A stretch of 39,763 nt of DNA from Octopus bimaculoides (GCF_001194135.2 NC_068995.1:57561942-57601704); one strand, 5' to 3'; positions 1-11,928 are shown, counted from the first letter of the stretch. Made by a program: numbers and translations. Notes: a model not told the origin generated them from the sequence alone.

Positions 1-249
1 TATATATAAGCATTTTCTCCGCCGAGTTTATGTCAAGTTATAATAAAAAGCAAAAAAATTACATTAAACTGAGTTCCTCAAAAGCTTTTTGTTCAGTACA
101 AGAGTAGTATTGACAGTTTCGGCCTGTTTAGCCCTCATACGACTGTATATTTATATGATGTATGTGTGTGTGTGAGTGTGTATAAATGCAAGATCCAGGG
201 ACCGAGATGTAGGAAGAAAGTTAGCTTCAAGAAAACCATAGTAAATATA

Positions 250-598
250 AACAAGGCAGCACCAACCTCCTCCCAACGATTAACCGGAGATGATTTTTAA
301 AATGAGAATATCTGAAATAAACTTGACTGCTCTCACAAACGAGAAGACTAAAAATGAACCCGACCGCTCTCAAAAATTAAGTAAAAAAAAAAAACCGGAA
401 AAATAATCCAGAATCTTTGTCCGGCACCAGATCGATTGCAAAATCTCATCAGTTTGTGCCAGTCACGAGGCCAAACATCCCTGAAAGTTTCATCCGAATC
501 CTTTTAGCGGTTCTTGAGATATCGTCTCCACAGACAAACAATGAAACGAATAAACACGACTGAAAACAATACCTCCACCTTCACTGAGGCGGAGGGGA
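250..598 (-). mobile_element. Non-autonomous Helentron/HINE-like rolling-circle element (putative)
   Basis: The minus strand starts after a T-run with CCTCCGCCT-cagtga-AGGTGGAGG (plus 572-595, 8/9 stem pairs), followed by TATTGTTTTC...GTTTGTCTGT...ATATCTCAAGAACC...GGATGAAACTT. A subterminal inverted copy ACCTCCTCCC lies at 265-274. The architecture matches HINE/DINE-1-like elements as I recall them; no database search was run. Confidence 0.55.
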
Positions 599-1363
599 AA
601 AAGAAAAAAAAATAAACTTTGAGGANNNNNNNNNNNNNNNNNNNNNNNNNNNNNNNNNNNNNNNNNNNNNNNNNNNNNNNNNNNNNNNNNNNNNNNNNNN
701 NNNNNNNNNNNNNNNNNNNNNNNNNNNNNNNNNNNNNNNNNNNNNNNNNNNNNNNNNNNNNNNNNNNNNNNNNNNNNNNNNNNNNNNNNNNNNNNNNNNN
801 NNNNNNNNNNNNNNNNNNNNNNNNNNNNNNNNNNNNNNNNNNNNATATATATATATATATATATATAAATGAGATTGTATGTGTGTGTGTATATGTCACG
901 AAAAGGCTCTGAAACATGCGTCCTAGAGAAAAATGGATTTGATTTTCGGAATCTGTGTTCTAAAGAGAGAGTTTTTTGTTTATTAGTAATCAACAAAAAT
1001 ATTTTGCCGATCTATCTGTCTTTGTCTTTTACGCTTTTTCCATCTCTATATATTTATCACACTCTCTTTCACTCTATATGAAAATATCTCATATAGAGAA
1101 TATCTCATGTAGCATGCCGCTCCCCACTCTTTCTCTCTGGATATGACATGTAATGCAAGTCAGTCACGTGTACCGTTTCACATGGCTTAATTCATCAAAC
1201 CTTATTAAAATATCTTCGTTTATCAAGACATTATAGATTGCTCTAAATAATGCGGAAATCCGTCCTGATCAAGAGACCCATCCGATGGGGAAGACATGGT
1301 CTGGCATGGAACCATTGTGAGAATTGCCCGGCAACGACGGGCTACTCGGTGTATATGTATGTA

Positions 1364-1366
<3 letters not shown>

Positions 1367-1413
<47 letters not shown>
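1367..1413. repeat. (TA)n microsatellite
   Basis: Direct reading. Confidence 0.95.
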
Positions 1414-1422
<9 letters not shown>

Positions 1423-1712
1423 TTATATATTCACATGCATAAACACGTACACAAACATGCCCACACTTCTAACGCATGCGTAACTAATCCAGGAGAGGAA
1501 ATAATTGGACAGACGTGCTAAAGTAGTAGATTTCCTAATGATAGTCAACAGTCTCCAACCGACTTCACATCAACTAATCTGTTCCGGCTCCTCTCTCTCT
1601 GTCTCTCACACACCAAATACCCTTCAAATATGAATGCTTTTCCTTTCTTTCTTTCTCTCTTTTTCTTTCTTTCTTTCCTTTTCGAGTGATGATGAGGTTA
1701 CTGTTTCATTGC

Positions 1713-1870
1713 CTTCTTCTTCTTCTTCTTCTTCTTCTTGTTCTTCTTCTTCTTCTTCTTCTTCTTCTTCTTCTTCTTCTTCTTCTTCTTCTTCTTCTTC
1801 TTCTTCTTCTTCTTGTTCTTCTTCTTCTTCTTCTTCTTCTTCTTCTTCTTCTTCTTCTTCTTCTTCTCTT
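1713..1870. repeat. (CTT)n microsatellite, about 50 units
   Basis: Direct reading; two TTG interruptions with G at 1740 and 1815. Confidence 0.95.
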
Positions 1871-2009
1871 CCCTCAAACCTTTTCCTCTTCCTCTAGCTT
1901 CTCACCATTACTAACGATCCTCACCCCTCTTTCTGCCACTTTCTGCTGTTGCTACCTCCTCCTCCACCACCACCACGATCACCATCAACAGTCATTCCAA
2001 CTAGGTAAT

Positions 2010-2037
2010 ATCTATCCATCTATCTATCCATCCATCC

Positions 2038-2072
<35 letters not shown>

Positions 2073-2073
2073 C

Positions 2074-2120
<47 letters not shown>

Positions 2121-2125
2121 CATCC

Positions 2126-2171
<46 letters not shown>

Positions 2172-2190
2172 TTATCTGTCTGTCTGTCTG
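2010..2190. repeat. (ATCT/ATCC)n grading into (CTGT)n tetranucleotide repeat
   Basis: Direct reading. Confidence 0.95.
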
Positions 2191-2394
2191 TCGCAATATA
2201 TGTGTTTGTGTGCGCATGTGTCTATGTATGTGTAGGAAAGACGGAATAGACAGAGGAGATAAAAAGACAGCTTGATATAGATCCACAAACAATAAGTAGA
2301 GAGATTGTTAATTAATTCGATGATGTGTAACTGCTATGCTTCAATCAACAGAGTAATCTGCACGTTGAGTATTCCACAGGCATTTGCATTCTTA

Positions 2395-2670
2395 ATCCCA
2401 AGTCGGAAAATCAAGGTAACTCTGTATGTAACTAACCTGGCCGCTTGCATTACTGATGCAGTGCACAAAGCTTAGTTGAATCGAACTCGGATAATAGAAG
2501 ACTCTTACTCCAGGATCAAACGCAGAATTGTAAAACTGAAAGTTGTAAACACCAGGACTCCAACTGTTACATTGAATATACTTGTACAACGCTCTCCCAT
2601 AGGTTCACCATAAAATATCTGAAGCAAGAACCGCAAAGCACTATATTTCGCACCATAAAACAAAGGAAAA
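2395..2670 (-). pseudogene. Possible highly decayed non-LTR retrotransposon RT fragment
   Basis: Minus translation LLQIFYGEPMGERCTSIFNVTVGV resembles the RT segment before GVRQG, and the downstream QLSFVHCI resembles NLRFADDI. Stops and frameshifts are present and catalytic residues are not conserved. Confidence 0.25.
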
Positions 2671-3246
2671 TCCTAGAGAATAATTATTGCATGTTATATA
2701 AAACTAGTATTAATTTCAATTAATACTACCCCTCCAATTAGATTATATAGAATTTAAATTCTTGTTTGATTCACTAGACTGTTGAATGGCAGCCCAGTCA
2801 AGATGGTATTTTTTCTTCTCTTACTCTTGTTTTTTGCACACATCTACAAAATGACTTTCTAAAATGAAATTCCATTATGCAACTGAGGAGTACATTTTCA
2901 TTGCATGTTATGTAGTGTTCTCACTACATGAATAAATGAAGTTTGTACGAAAAGTACGTACTGCTATAACCTATAGAATTTTTGTTGCTTTTCTTCAAAT
3001 ATATATGTATATATATATATACATACATATACACACACAACTGTGACTCCGTAGTTGTTGTTCTCACCATCCTCATCATCAACACCACCATCACGACCAC
3101 TACGATCACCATCATTATCATTATCAGCAGCAGCAGCAGTAGCAGCAGAACTTTAAGCATCAACAAAATATTCATAATAGAATAAGCAGCAATGTAAAAA
3201 GAAACAAAATGTTATAGAGTTTAAAAGCTTTAAAGTGAAGAGGATA

Positions 3247-3285
<39 letters not shown>

Positions 3286-3469
3286 GGCTGGAGTGTGGAG
3301 TTTGGAGAGAGGATAGCTTGTTTAAAAGGTCGCATATTTCGAGAAAGCCGAGAGATAAGAATTACGAATCTATAAACCGTACATAAGTGTTAAGAATATG
3401 GATTTACATGTGAACGCGCACAGAGAAGCCGAAATAGCAAGATATATGGGGCAAAATAGAAATTTTAGG

Positions 3470-3673
3470 CATGTGCGTGTGTGTGTATGTGTGTGTGTGC
3501 ATGCACACATATATATAACAAGAGGGAGAGAGAGAGAGAAAGAGGGAGAGAAAGAGAGAGAGAAATGTATATAGGTTTATATATCTACACTCAATAGCAT
3601 ATGAATAAACACATATCTTTCATAAATGTAAGTATATGTGTGTGTGTGTGTGTGCGTGTGTGTGTGTGGTATC

Positions 3674-3704
<31 letters not shown>

Positions 3705-3752
3705 TATACATTATATGTAGGTATATATGTGTATGTGTGTGTATATTTATGC

Positions 3753-3799
<47 letters not shown>

Positions 3800-3990
3800 A
3801 TTAATACATATACATTTACACACACATAACTACTTATATATATATGTGTATATATATGAAAAAGAGAGAATAGAGAGCAACAGAAACAGAAACGGAGAGA
3901 GAGACAAGGAGGGAGGGAGAGAGAAAGAAGGGGAGGTAGAGACTGGCAGATGCAGTGAAGAAGAAATTATAAACGAAATAGCAGAAAGGA
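3470..3990. repeat. Compound (TG)n/(TA)n/(GA)n low-complexity tract
   Basis: Direct reading; explains the spurious ORFs at 3636-4001 and 3638-3829. Confidence 0.9.
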
Positions 3991-4224
3991 AAGAAAAATG
4001 AAAAGAAGCTAATCACATTGATAAAAATGAACGATAAACAAGAAAATAGGTGGAAAATGTGTAAAAGTGAGAAGGAAACAAAAAGGGAAATGGAGTGAGT
4101 GTGGGATGTTGAAATAATTAATAAATCCAAAATAGGGAGAAGAGCTGGTAGGGTGTCATTATTTAAGGAAGTGATATTAATATGTAATAATCGCTTTCCA
4201 CATGGTTTGGCACTCAATTAATAC

Positions 4225-4288
4225 GAGTGGCGTAGAGAAGTGATGAGTTTCTCACTATTGGAGTCATCGATGTACGTTCGATTCCTGG
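4225..4288 (+). mobile_element. Degenerate tRNA-like SINE head
   Basis: A-box-like TGGCGTAG at about 4228 and a B-box GTTCGATTCC at 4276-4285; no cloverleaf. Confidence 0.35.
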
Positions 4289-4335
4289 TTTTGTCACTTT
4301 ATTCTCTAAACATAGTCACTATGTTTTATCATATT

Positions 4336-4428
4336 AAGGTGGTGAACTGTGGGAGAATTTTAAGTTCAAATACTCCGAGATCGACTTAGACTCCGTTTCT
4401 TTTGCGGTGGATGAAATGAAGCACCAGT
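4336..4428 (+). mobile_element. SINE group A, degenerate partial copy
   Basis: AAGGTGGTGAACTG...AAGTTCAAAT...GAGATCGACTT...GATGAAATGAAGCACCAGT aligns by eye with the copies at 16338 and 32838. Confidence 0.5.
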
Positions 4429-4511
4429 AAAATACAGTTTTGAAATATAACAACAGGAAAAACAAGTAATGTTTAAAAAAAATTATAAAGTCATACCATA
4501 TATATATATCT

Positions 4512-4720
4512 ATCTTTTATCGTTTTCTTGTTGCAGTCCTTTGACTGCGGCCATGCTGGGGCCCCGCCTTGAAGGGTTTTAATCAGACAAATAGCCCCCA
4601 GGACTTATTTTTTATAAAGTCTGGTACTTGTTTTATCGGTCTCTTTTGTCAAATCGGGAATGTAAACACACCAACACCGGTTGTCAAGCGATGGTGGGGG
4701 ACAGACGCAGACCACAAAGA
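4512..4720 (-). mobile_element. SINE group B (3-prime body)
   Basis: The reverse complement shares CGCTTGACAA, CAAAAGAGACCGATA and CCAGCATGGCCGCAGTC with the copies at 8268 and 37030; a CA/TA microsatellite abuts its 5-prime side. Confidence 0.8.
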
Positions 4721-5684
4721 CATGTGCACATACATATAAACACACACACACATGTATGTATATTTATTTATATATAGTCTTAAAAGTTTCATGTTTTCAA
4801 CCATCTTCTTTAAGAACCGGTGTCTATTATTGGTTTGTATCGAGAAAACGAAGAAGCTTTTACGTTGACGCTCGAAATAGCACCCAAACGTACATCTATG
4901 TACGGTATTATACTCTAAGATATAGAACGGTTGTATCATATGAGATATACAACGGCAACGTGTACCAAGCCTTATGGTTGGGAAAAGGAAGGATAGCTAC
5001 GGAGCTGTCGTATCCTTGATCATGAGATCTGTTTTATCCGGGCTTACCCGGGGCTAAACGACAATAAAATAAGAAGTTTCTGTTGCGTGAATGATCGGTC
5101 GATTTGGCGAACGAGATTCGGAAGTAATTATACAATTCTGATTGACAATATGCAGCTTTTTGTTTCTTCTCTTTTTTTTTAATAGATATTTGTATATTTT
5201 TTCGCAGATTTAACAACTGAAGTGGATGTCAAGATGGACACTGGAATTTTCACTTGTCTGTTTTCTCAGGAAATTGGAGAGCTTGTCTGACAAAAGTGCA
5301 CTTTACAACTATCGTGAGGAATCAGGATTAGAAGCAGCAATTGTCAAAGAAAGTAAATTACATAGTTGCCGTTGAGTTGTTAGCTCTAAGTCAGATGGTG
5401 ATCGAGCAAGCCTGTGAGCAAAGACGTTCCAGTTGTGACCATCTCCACTTTTTTTTGTATCCAGTACTACACTGCATCTAATGTGTCCTGTTTTATTATT
5501 TTTTTTTTTTTTAGTATGATACAACATGATGTTTTGGTGAAGACTTGGCTGCTATTATTTCTCTCAGAACATTCTCTGCACCAAGGGTTATCTTTTTGCT
5601 TGGTCAGATTTGCACTGTATTGGATTTCAGTTTAGTATTTAACGCTTACGAAACGCAGACCTATACATATATATNNNNNNNNNN

Positions 5685-6347
5685 ACACCTCTACATTCGT
5701 TCGTCTGGCCGAACTTGTCCTCTCACTCAACTGTTTCTCGTTCGCTGGTGATTTCTACCAGCATTCTGGGGGGTGGCCATGGGAACGTGAATGGGCCCCA
5801 ACTATGCCAACCTGTTCGTTGGCTACGTTGAGGCCCAAATATTCTCAAGTTTCACAGGTCCCACTCCCGAACTATACGGCCGTTATATTGACGACTGTAT
5901 CGGTGCGACCTCCCCCTCCCGCGAACATCTAGACTCTTTCCTCTTTTTTGTCAAATTTTTCCATCCTGCCCTCCACTTCTCCTGCACTATCTCTGACACC
6001 TCTGTCTCCTTTCTTGACATTATGGTCAGCATTCAGCACTTCACTCTCGCCACCTTCATCCACTACAAACACACACTCGTACTCATACCTCAACTTCTCC
6101 TCCTCCCACCTTAAACACACCAAGCTTTCCATCCCCTATTCCCAATTCCTCTGTCTACGCAGGCTCTATAGTGACAACCATGACTTTGAAACTCAGTCTC
6201 AACTCATGGCTCGCCACTTCATCCTACATGGATATCCCCTCACCACTATCCACACCGTCTTGCCAAAGCACGTTGCGTGGACCGTGCATCTGCTCTCTCC
6301 CCCCGAACCCGCTCCGCGTCTCCTGCCACCCATTTCCCTTCACCTAC

Positions 6348-6348
<1 letters not shown>
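5685..6348 (+). pseudogene. Penelope-like element reverse transcriptase, disrupted
   Basis: Translation across frameshifts gives LAELVLSLNCFSFAGDFYQ...GVAMGT*MGPNYANLFVG...LYGRYIDD...SVSFLD...SYLNFSSSH.KHTKLSIPYSQF.CLRR...GYP, the typical PLE RT core and thumb. There is a stop at 5788-5790 and frameshifts near 5770 and 6070. It begins at an N gap and ends at (TG)n. Confidence 0.9.
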
Positions 6349-6386
<38 letters not shown>

Positions 6387-7256
6387 TGTACATGATACGT
6401 GAATACAATCGAAGCCATATTGCTGATTCGGCAACCGACAATCTCAACTGCCCTGTTCCTGTTGTGAGCAATAAAGGATGTAAGTAATAATGACTTATTA
6501 CGATTTGGCACAAGAACAAGTTTGTATCAAAAAAGACACACAAGCGAATGAATCTATTACTCGATTTATATGTCTGTATCTCATCGTCATGGAAAGTATA
6601 TCGAGTGAAGTTAACTCATGCAATTTGAACTCAATTCATGCCGTGTAGAAACTGAATAATGTAGGAATTTAACGTCTGGTATCTCAATAGTACTACCACT
6701 CTACGACACACTATTCTGAATAATTATAATACTACTGAAGATTTAGTATAATACAATGGTGCTTTGTATGTACTTCGGGCTTATTTAAATACTCGTTACG
6801 AAAGAAAAATTTCAGCTTTTAAACGATGTTCGAACGACGGCAATAAAATGTTTAAAAGCTTGTCTTTCCATGCGATATTTTAAGATAATTAAAGGAGGAA
6901 TAAAGAGTGCCATGTGAACTAAGATACGCAGCCATAAACCTTATTTCACAAGGCAATGAGATTTACATTCCGATTCATTCACTCTCGCGAATCTCTCCCA
7001 AGTATTCATTGCTTCCGCTAACAAAATGGTCGTCTGCCAACAGGCAAACGGCTTCAGCAGATGAATATTCCTTCTTTTTTTTTATTCTAGATACTTGTAT
7101 AAGTATTCATGGAGAGAAAAGTGAGATTCATTGACTCTGCACGTTACTTGGCGGAAATTATCACACCTCCTGGCTAAATTAGTACTTTTAATATGGTGGC
7201 CGATACATTTTCAATGGACAATTTGATGGTGAGTTCACACACACAAATACACACAA

Positions 7257-7289
<33 letters not shown>

Positions 7290-7607
7290 CGTACATGAAT
7301 AAACACTCAAACATACAAATACAGAAGATGAGACATATGAGTGTATATGTTTATACATATGTATATATGTTCATATCCATACATATACAAATATATATAT
7401 TTGTGTGTGTGTGTGTGTGTGTGCCTGAATGTCTCTCTGTTTGCTGATGTGTATGAAGCTGTGTGCATGCATAAAAACAAGCGTGTACATTAAATATGTT
7501 TATGTGGTTGTGAGAAATAATTTTTAAAACTCTTACTTATAATAAAAGTACACCTGCACGCGCATAGTTACCTGCATCCGACTAATATCTATTCATATTT
7601 ATGTGAG

Positions 7608-7630
7608 TCTATCCATCTATCTATCTATCC

Positions 7631-7678
<48 letters not shown>
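7608..7678. repeat. (ATCT)n tetranucleotide repeat
   Basis: Direct reading. Confidence 0.9.
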
Positions 7679-7820
7679 GCGTGTATGTGTACGCATGTGT
7701 GTATTATGTATAGATTATACGTATATGAATATGTATAGATATATATATAAACATATTACTATGTGTATATATATGTGTAAGTAAATGTGTGTATATGCGT
7801 GTGTATGTATATATATATAT

Positions 7821-7857
<37 letters not shown>

Positions 7858-8267
7858 TGCCTATATACCATGATTTGCACTGATATACTTAATAACTTCG
7901 ACTTCAACGGTTACACGAGTACCTAGAGAAAAATCAGCGTATTAACAGATTGTTGAATATGGATTAAAAGGATTATCCCCAAGCCTTTAAACCGGCAAAA
8001 ACAAGAATTCCATGCATAAGCACACGCACGCACGCACGCGCGCGCAAAAATGCATCCACATAGGCATTCACATACGCAGACACACACACACATCTACGTA
8101 TGTGTGTATATAAGTATGTGTGTACGCATCTCCCAGTCGAACTATCTATAAACAAGTATGTAAATATGCGTATACGTATGTATGTATGTGAATATATATT
8201 ATAAACCCTAGGCGGGGGTAGCCACAACAAGACCCACACCAGGCATTCTATTCATTTTCCAGCTCAA

Positions 8268-8410
8268 ACTTAGCAGTTCGGCAAAAGAGACCGATAGAAT
8301 AAGTTTTAGGCTTACAAAGAATAAGTTCTGGGGCGGATTCGTTCGACTAAATGCAGTTCTCCAGCATGGCCGCAGTCAAATGACCGAAGCAAGCGAAGAG
8401 TAAAAGAAAA
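8268..8410 (+). mobile_element. SINE group B (3-prime body)
   Basis: AACTTAGCAGTTCGGCAAAAGAGACCGATAGAATAAG...CCAGCATGGCCGCAGTCAAATGAC...GTAAAAG; homologous to 4512-4720 and 37030-37235. Confidence 0.8.
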
Positions 8411-8417
8411 CACATAT

Positions 8418-8454
8418 ACGTATGTATGTATGTATGTATGTATCTATCTGTCTA

Positions 8455-8499
<45 letters not shown>

Positions 8500-8526
8500 A
8501 TGTATGTATGTATGTATGTATGTATA
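8418..8526. repeat. Compound (ATGT)n-(CTGT)n-(ATGT)n repeat
   Basis: Direct reading; immediately follows the SINE B tail. Confidence 0.9.
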
Positions 8527-8947
8527 TACGGATGGATGTATTTATCATTCAATATGAACAAGATGGAAATGTGAGCTGCTATAAACTTCAAACCTCTGAT
8601 AATGCAACAATCAGGCGAACTTGTATAACATGCCGTATATAATTGTGCAATTATTCAGCCTAAGAAATACAATACAGCTACTCTTTGAGCATGAATGATT
8701 GCTCGATAATACACGGCGCGCTACCCAAGCTCGTCTGACTATTGTATTATCAGAGGCATGAAACTTATTGTAGATCTCATTGAAATCCTGTGTTTGTTAA
8801 ATGATATTTATCTCTCGGCGGATGGAGCATTTTGGCTTTGTAATACCCCCTTAAATATGCGTCTATGTATATAAATATTTATACGTATACGTACGTATAA
8901 ATGTTTGTACATACATATACACCATATAGTATACTTACATTTATATT

Positions 8948-9070
8948 GGGCGTGACTCTCTGTTAAGAAGCTTGCTTCCTAACCAGATTGTTCCGAGTTC
9001 AGTCCCACCGCGTGACACCTTGAGCAAGTCTCTTCTTCTATAGCCTTGGGCTGACCAAAGCCCTGTGAGT
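8948..9070 (+). mobile_element. SINE group C (tRNA-derived head), 3-prime truncated
   Basis: GCTTGCTTCCTAACC...GAGTTCAGTCCCAC...GCAAGT...CCAAAGCCCTGTGAGT; homologous to 10959-11040; B-box-like GTTCAGTCCC. Confidence 0.75.
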
Positions 9071-9257
9071 AGTTCTCAGGGAGACTCAGCGTGACACAGA
9101 ATGTGACAGGGCAGGCCCTTTGAAATAAAAGCAGAATTCAGTTTTGCCAGCTGAGTGGACTGGGGTAACGTGAAATAAAGCTGAGGGAGACATTGCGCTG
9201 CCTGAAATTGAACTTACGACCTTACGATTGCGAGCCGAACACCCAAACCACTACAGC
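9069..9257 (-). mobile_element. SINE group D (tRNA-derived head plus body), 3-prime truncated
   Basis: Minus reads GCTGTAGTGGTTTGGGTGTTCGGCTCGCAATCGTAAGGTCGTAAGTTCAATT (A- and B-box-like), then TTTATTTCACGTTACCCCAGTCCACTCAGCTGGCAAAA. Confidence 0.7.
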
Positions 9258-9344
9258 TACTACTAATGATGATGATAATGATGATGACGGTGATGACGGC
9301 GACGACGACGGTGGCGATGCTGATGAGGCCGATGAATATATATA

Positions 9345-9409
<65 letters not shown>
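9345..9409. repeat. (GAT)n microsatellite
   Basis: Direct reading. Confidence 0.95.
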
Positions 9410-9513
9410 AAAAGAGGAAAAAAATTAGCCATCGTAACTCATAAATATGATCCTTTCTCACAGGTTCGAACATGGCTGAAGCATATTTGAAATGGTAACA
9501 AGTTTACCGTAAC

Positions 9514-9824
<311 letters not shown>

Positions 9825-9998
9825 CCTTTCTACTATAGGTTCAAGGCCTGAAATTTGCGGGGAGTGGGGTAAGTCGATTTATCGACCCCAGTGCGTAACT
9901 GGTACTAATGTTATCGATCCCAAAAGTCAAAGTCGACCTCCACGGAATTTGAACTCAGAACGTAACGGCAGACGAGGATTCTGCAAGCTCGTCGCCTT
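9825..9998 (-). mobile_element. SINE group A with a short 5-prime internal deletion
   Basis: Minus AAGGCGACGAGCTTGCAGAATC...GTTCTGAGTTCAAATTCC...GAGGTCGACTTTG...CAAATTTCAGGCCTTG...TATAGTAGAAAGGATT. Confidence 0.85.
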
Positions 9999-10439
9999 AA
10001 ATAATAACCTTAACGATAATAATAATAACAAATATAGCAACAATATTTACCACAAGAAGGGGGAAAGAATAACAACAACGACAAGAATAGTACCAATAAC
10101 GGCATTTCTTTCAATAACAAGAATAACAACAACAACAACAACAATAGTGACTATTTTCTGTCAATTTTTCGTTCGGTAGTCTTCTCCAAGATATTTCGTT
10201 AGTTGTGTCAATATCATGCTGTTTTCCTCTTCCAAACAGGGAGAAACTCGGAGGTGGGCAAAACGTAAAGTTTTGCTGTGTTCAATTTGAAGCTCTTGTC
10301 CAATGCAACCGACTTAAATAATAGAGAACGCTTTCTTAGCTTTCTTAACAATATTGTCTTTCTTAAACGTTGGACCTTCTCTTAACGACCCATTGTTGGA
10401 TGTGAAAGACGTTCATAAACACAACACAACAGCGCCGGT

Positions 10440-10900
10440 GTCGAAATATGTGTGTGTGTGTGTGTGTGTGTGAGTGTGATTGTGTGCGTTGATGTGCTTA
10501 TCGCTGTGTGTGTGTGTGTTGATATATGTGTTTGTGTTGGTATGTGCTCGTTGGTGTGTTGGCGTATTGTGTTTTGATGTGGGTGTGTGTATGTGTGTGT
10601 GAGAGTGCGTGTGTGTGTGCGTGTAATTGTGCGCGTTGGCGTGTTCAAGTGTGTGTGGATGTGTGGATGTGTTTGTGTGTGTACATTGGGGCATTAATGC
10701 GTGTGTTTTTATGCGTATTTGTGTGTTTGTGTTTCCGTCGGTGCATTTGGGCGTTTGCATATATCTTTGTGTGTGCTCGTGTCTGTGTTTGTATGTGTAT
10801 TTGTGTGTCGTGGGTGTGTGTGCATGTGTGCATGATGCGTGCATGTGTGTTGCGGTGTGTATTTGTGTATGTTGATGTGTATGCGGTTGATAGCTGAAGT
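10440..10900. repeat. Degenerate TG-rich low-complexity tract
   Basis: Direct reading; source of the His/Thr- and Val/Cys-rich spurious ORFs. Confidence 0.9.
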
Positions 10901-10958
10901 GTGAGCGTTGGTGTATGAGGAAGAAAGTAATTTTTTTTCTTTTGTATAACTCTATTTT

Positions 10959-11038
10959 GCAGGCGTATAAGCAGTTTGCTTCCCAACTACGTGGTTCTGG
11001 GTTCAGTCCCACAGTGTGGCACATTGGGTAAGTGGATT

Positions 11039-11040
<2 letters not shown>
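10959..11040 (+). mobile_element. SINE group C head fragment followed by (TA)n
   Basis: TTTGCTTCCCAACTACGTGGTTCTGGGTTCAGTCCCACAGTGTGGCACATTGGGTAAGTG; homologous to 8948-9070. Confidence 0.7.
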
Positions 11041-11079
<39 letters not shown>

Positions 11080-11835
11080 TACACGAAACAGAAGAAATAA
11101 ATTTTAAAATACAGAATAAAGGAAAGGAAAAATGTAAAAGAGAACGGAAGCAAGAGAGATAGAAAGTTGAAGGAAAAGACAGAGAACGAAAGAGATAGAA
11201 AAAGAGGGAGAACGAAGTAGAGAGTGGGAGAGAGAGAGCGGTGGTGAATGAGAGAGAGAAATAAGTAAAGAATGAAGGGTGAGAGAAGGGGAGAGAGAGA
11301 AGGAGGATAGACACAGAGAGGGAGAGGTAGAAAGCGAGAGGAAACGGTAGGGATAGAAGAGAAGAGAGAAAGAGAGAGACAGAGAGGTCGAAGAAGGAGA
11401 AACGGAGAGGATTATCGGAATGTAGAAATAATGACGTTGTATCAATAATATACAAAATATGTAAGACAAATACTAATGGTGGCGGAGATATAGAGAAAAG
11501 AAATTATTTGAATCGCCAATTTGTCAATAAAAATATTAATGAAATGCAAAAAGCAAAATGGCCAGATTCTGCAGCGTACGTAACTTGCAGACATAAAAAC
11601 AAAATTACAATAATTCTTCGCTATAGTGAACATTATGGCGACGTAAGATTCTATTGTCCAAAGAGAAAACCAGAGGAATCAAGCTATTAGGCTGTAAAAA
11701 GTCACACAGCCAATATTTAGAGTCTTATTTACAGGAATTTATTTTCAGTTAATCGGGGACAATATTTAATATTTACATACACTGCTATTGTCCAGCTGCA
11801 CATTGCATGATACACCAATTCTTTTGCGAGCGAAT

Positions 11836-11855
11836 ATGTGTGTGTGTGTGTGTGT

Positions 11856-11926
<71 letters not shown>
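11836..11926. repeat. (TG)n microsatellite
   Basis: Direct reading. Confidence 0.95.

Positions 11927-11928
<2 letters not shown>

Noticed and set aside
430-452. Hammerhead-ribozyme-like CTGATGA followed by a small stem (GATT-ttgc-AATC) on the minus strand
   Set aside because: The stem is followed by GATC rather than the required GAAA, and no stem I/III or cleavage triplet could be assembled.
1634-2249. Poly-Ser and poly-Leu ORFs (87 and 187 aa)
   Set aside because: They are translations of (CTT)n and (ATCT)n microsatellites.
9214-9490. Poly-Asp, poly-His and poly-Ser ORFs
   Set aside because: They are (GAT)n read in different frames, between SINEs, with no splice or domain support.
10240-10264. 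Strong acceptor CTGTTTTCCTCTTCCAAACAG|G with nearby GT donors
   Set aside because: The possible exons are 14 or 25 nt, not frame-preserving, with weak donors and no recognisable peptide.
10382-11469. Long His/Thr-rich and Leu/Ser-rich ORFs (up to 246 aa)
   Set aside because: They are products of TG-rich and GA-rich low-complexity tracts.
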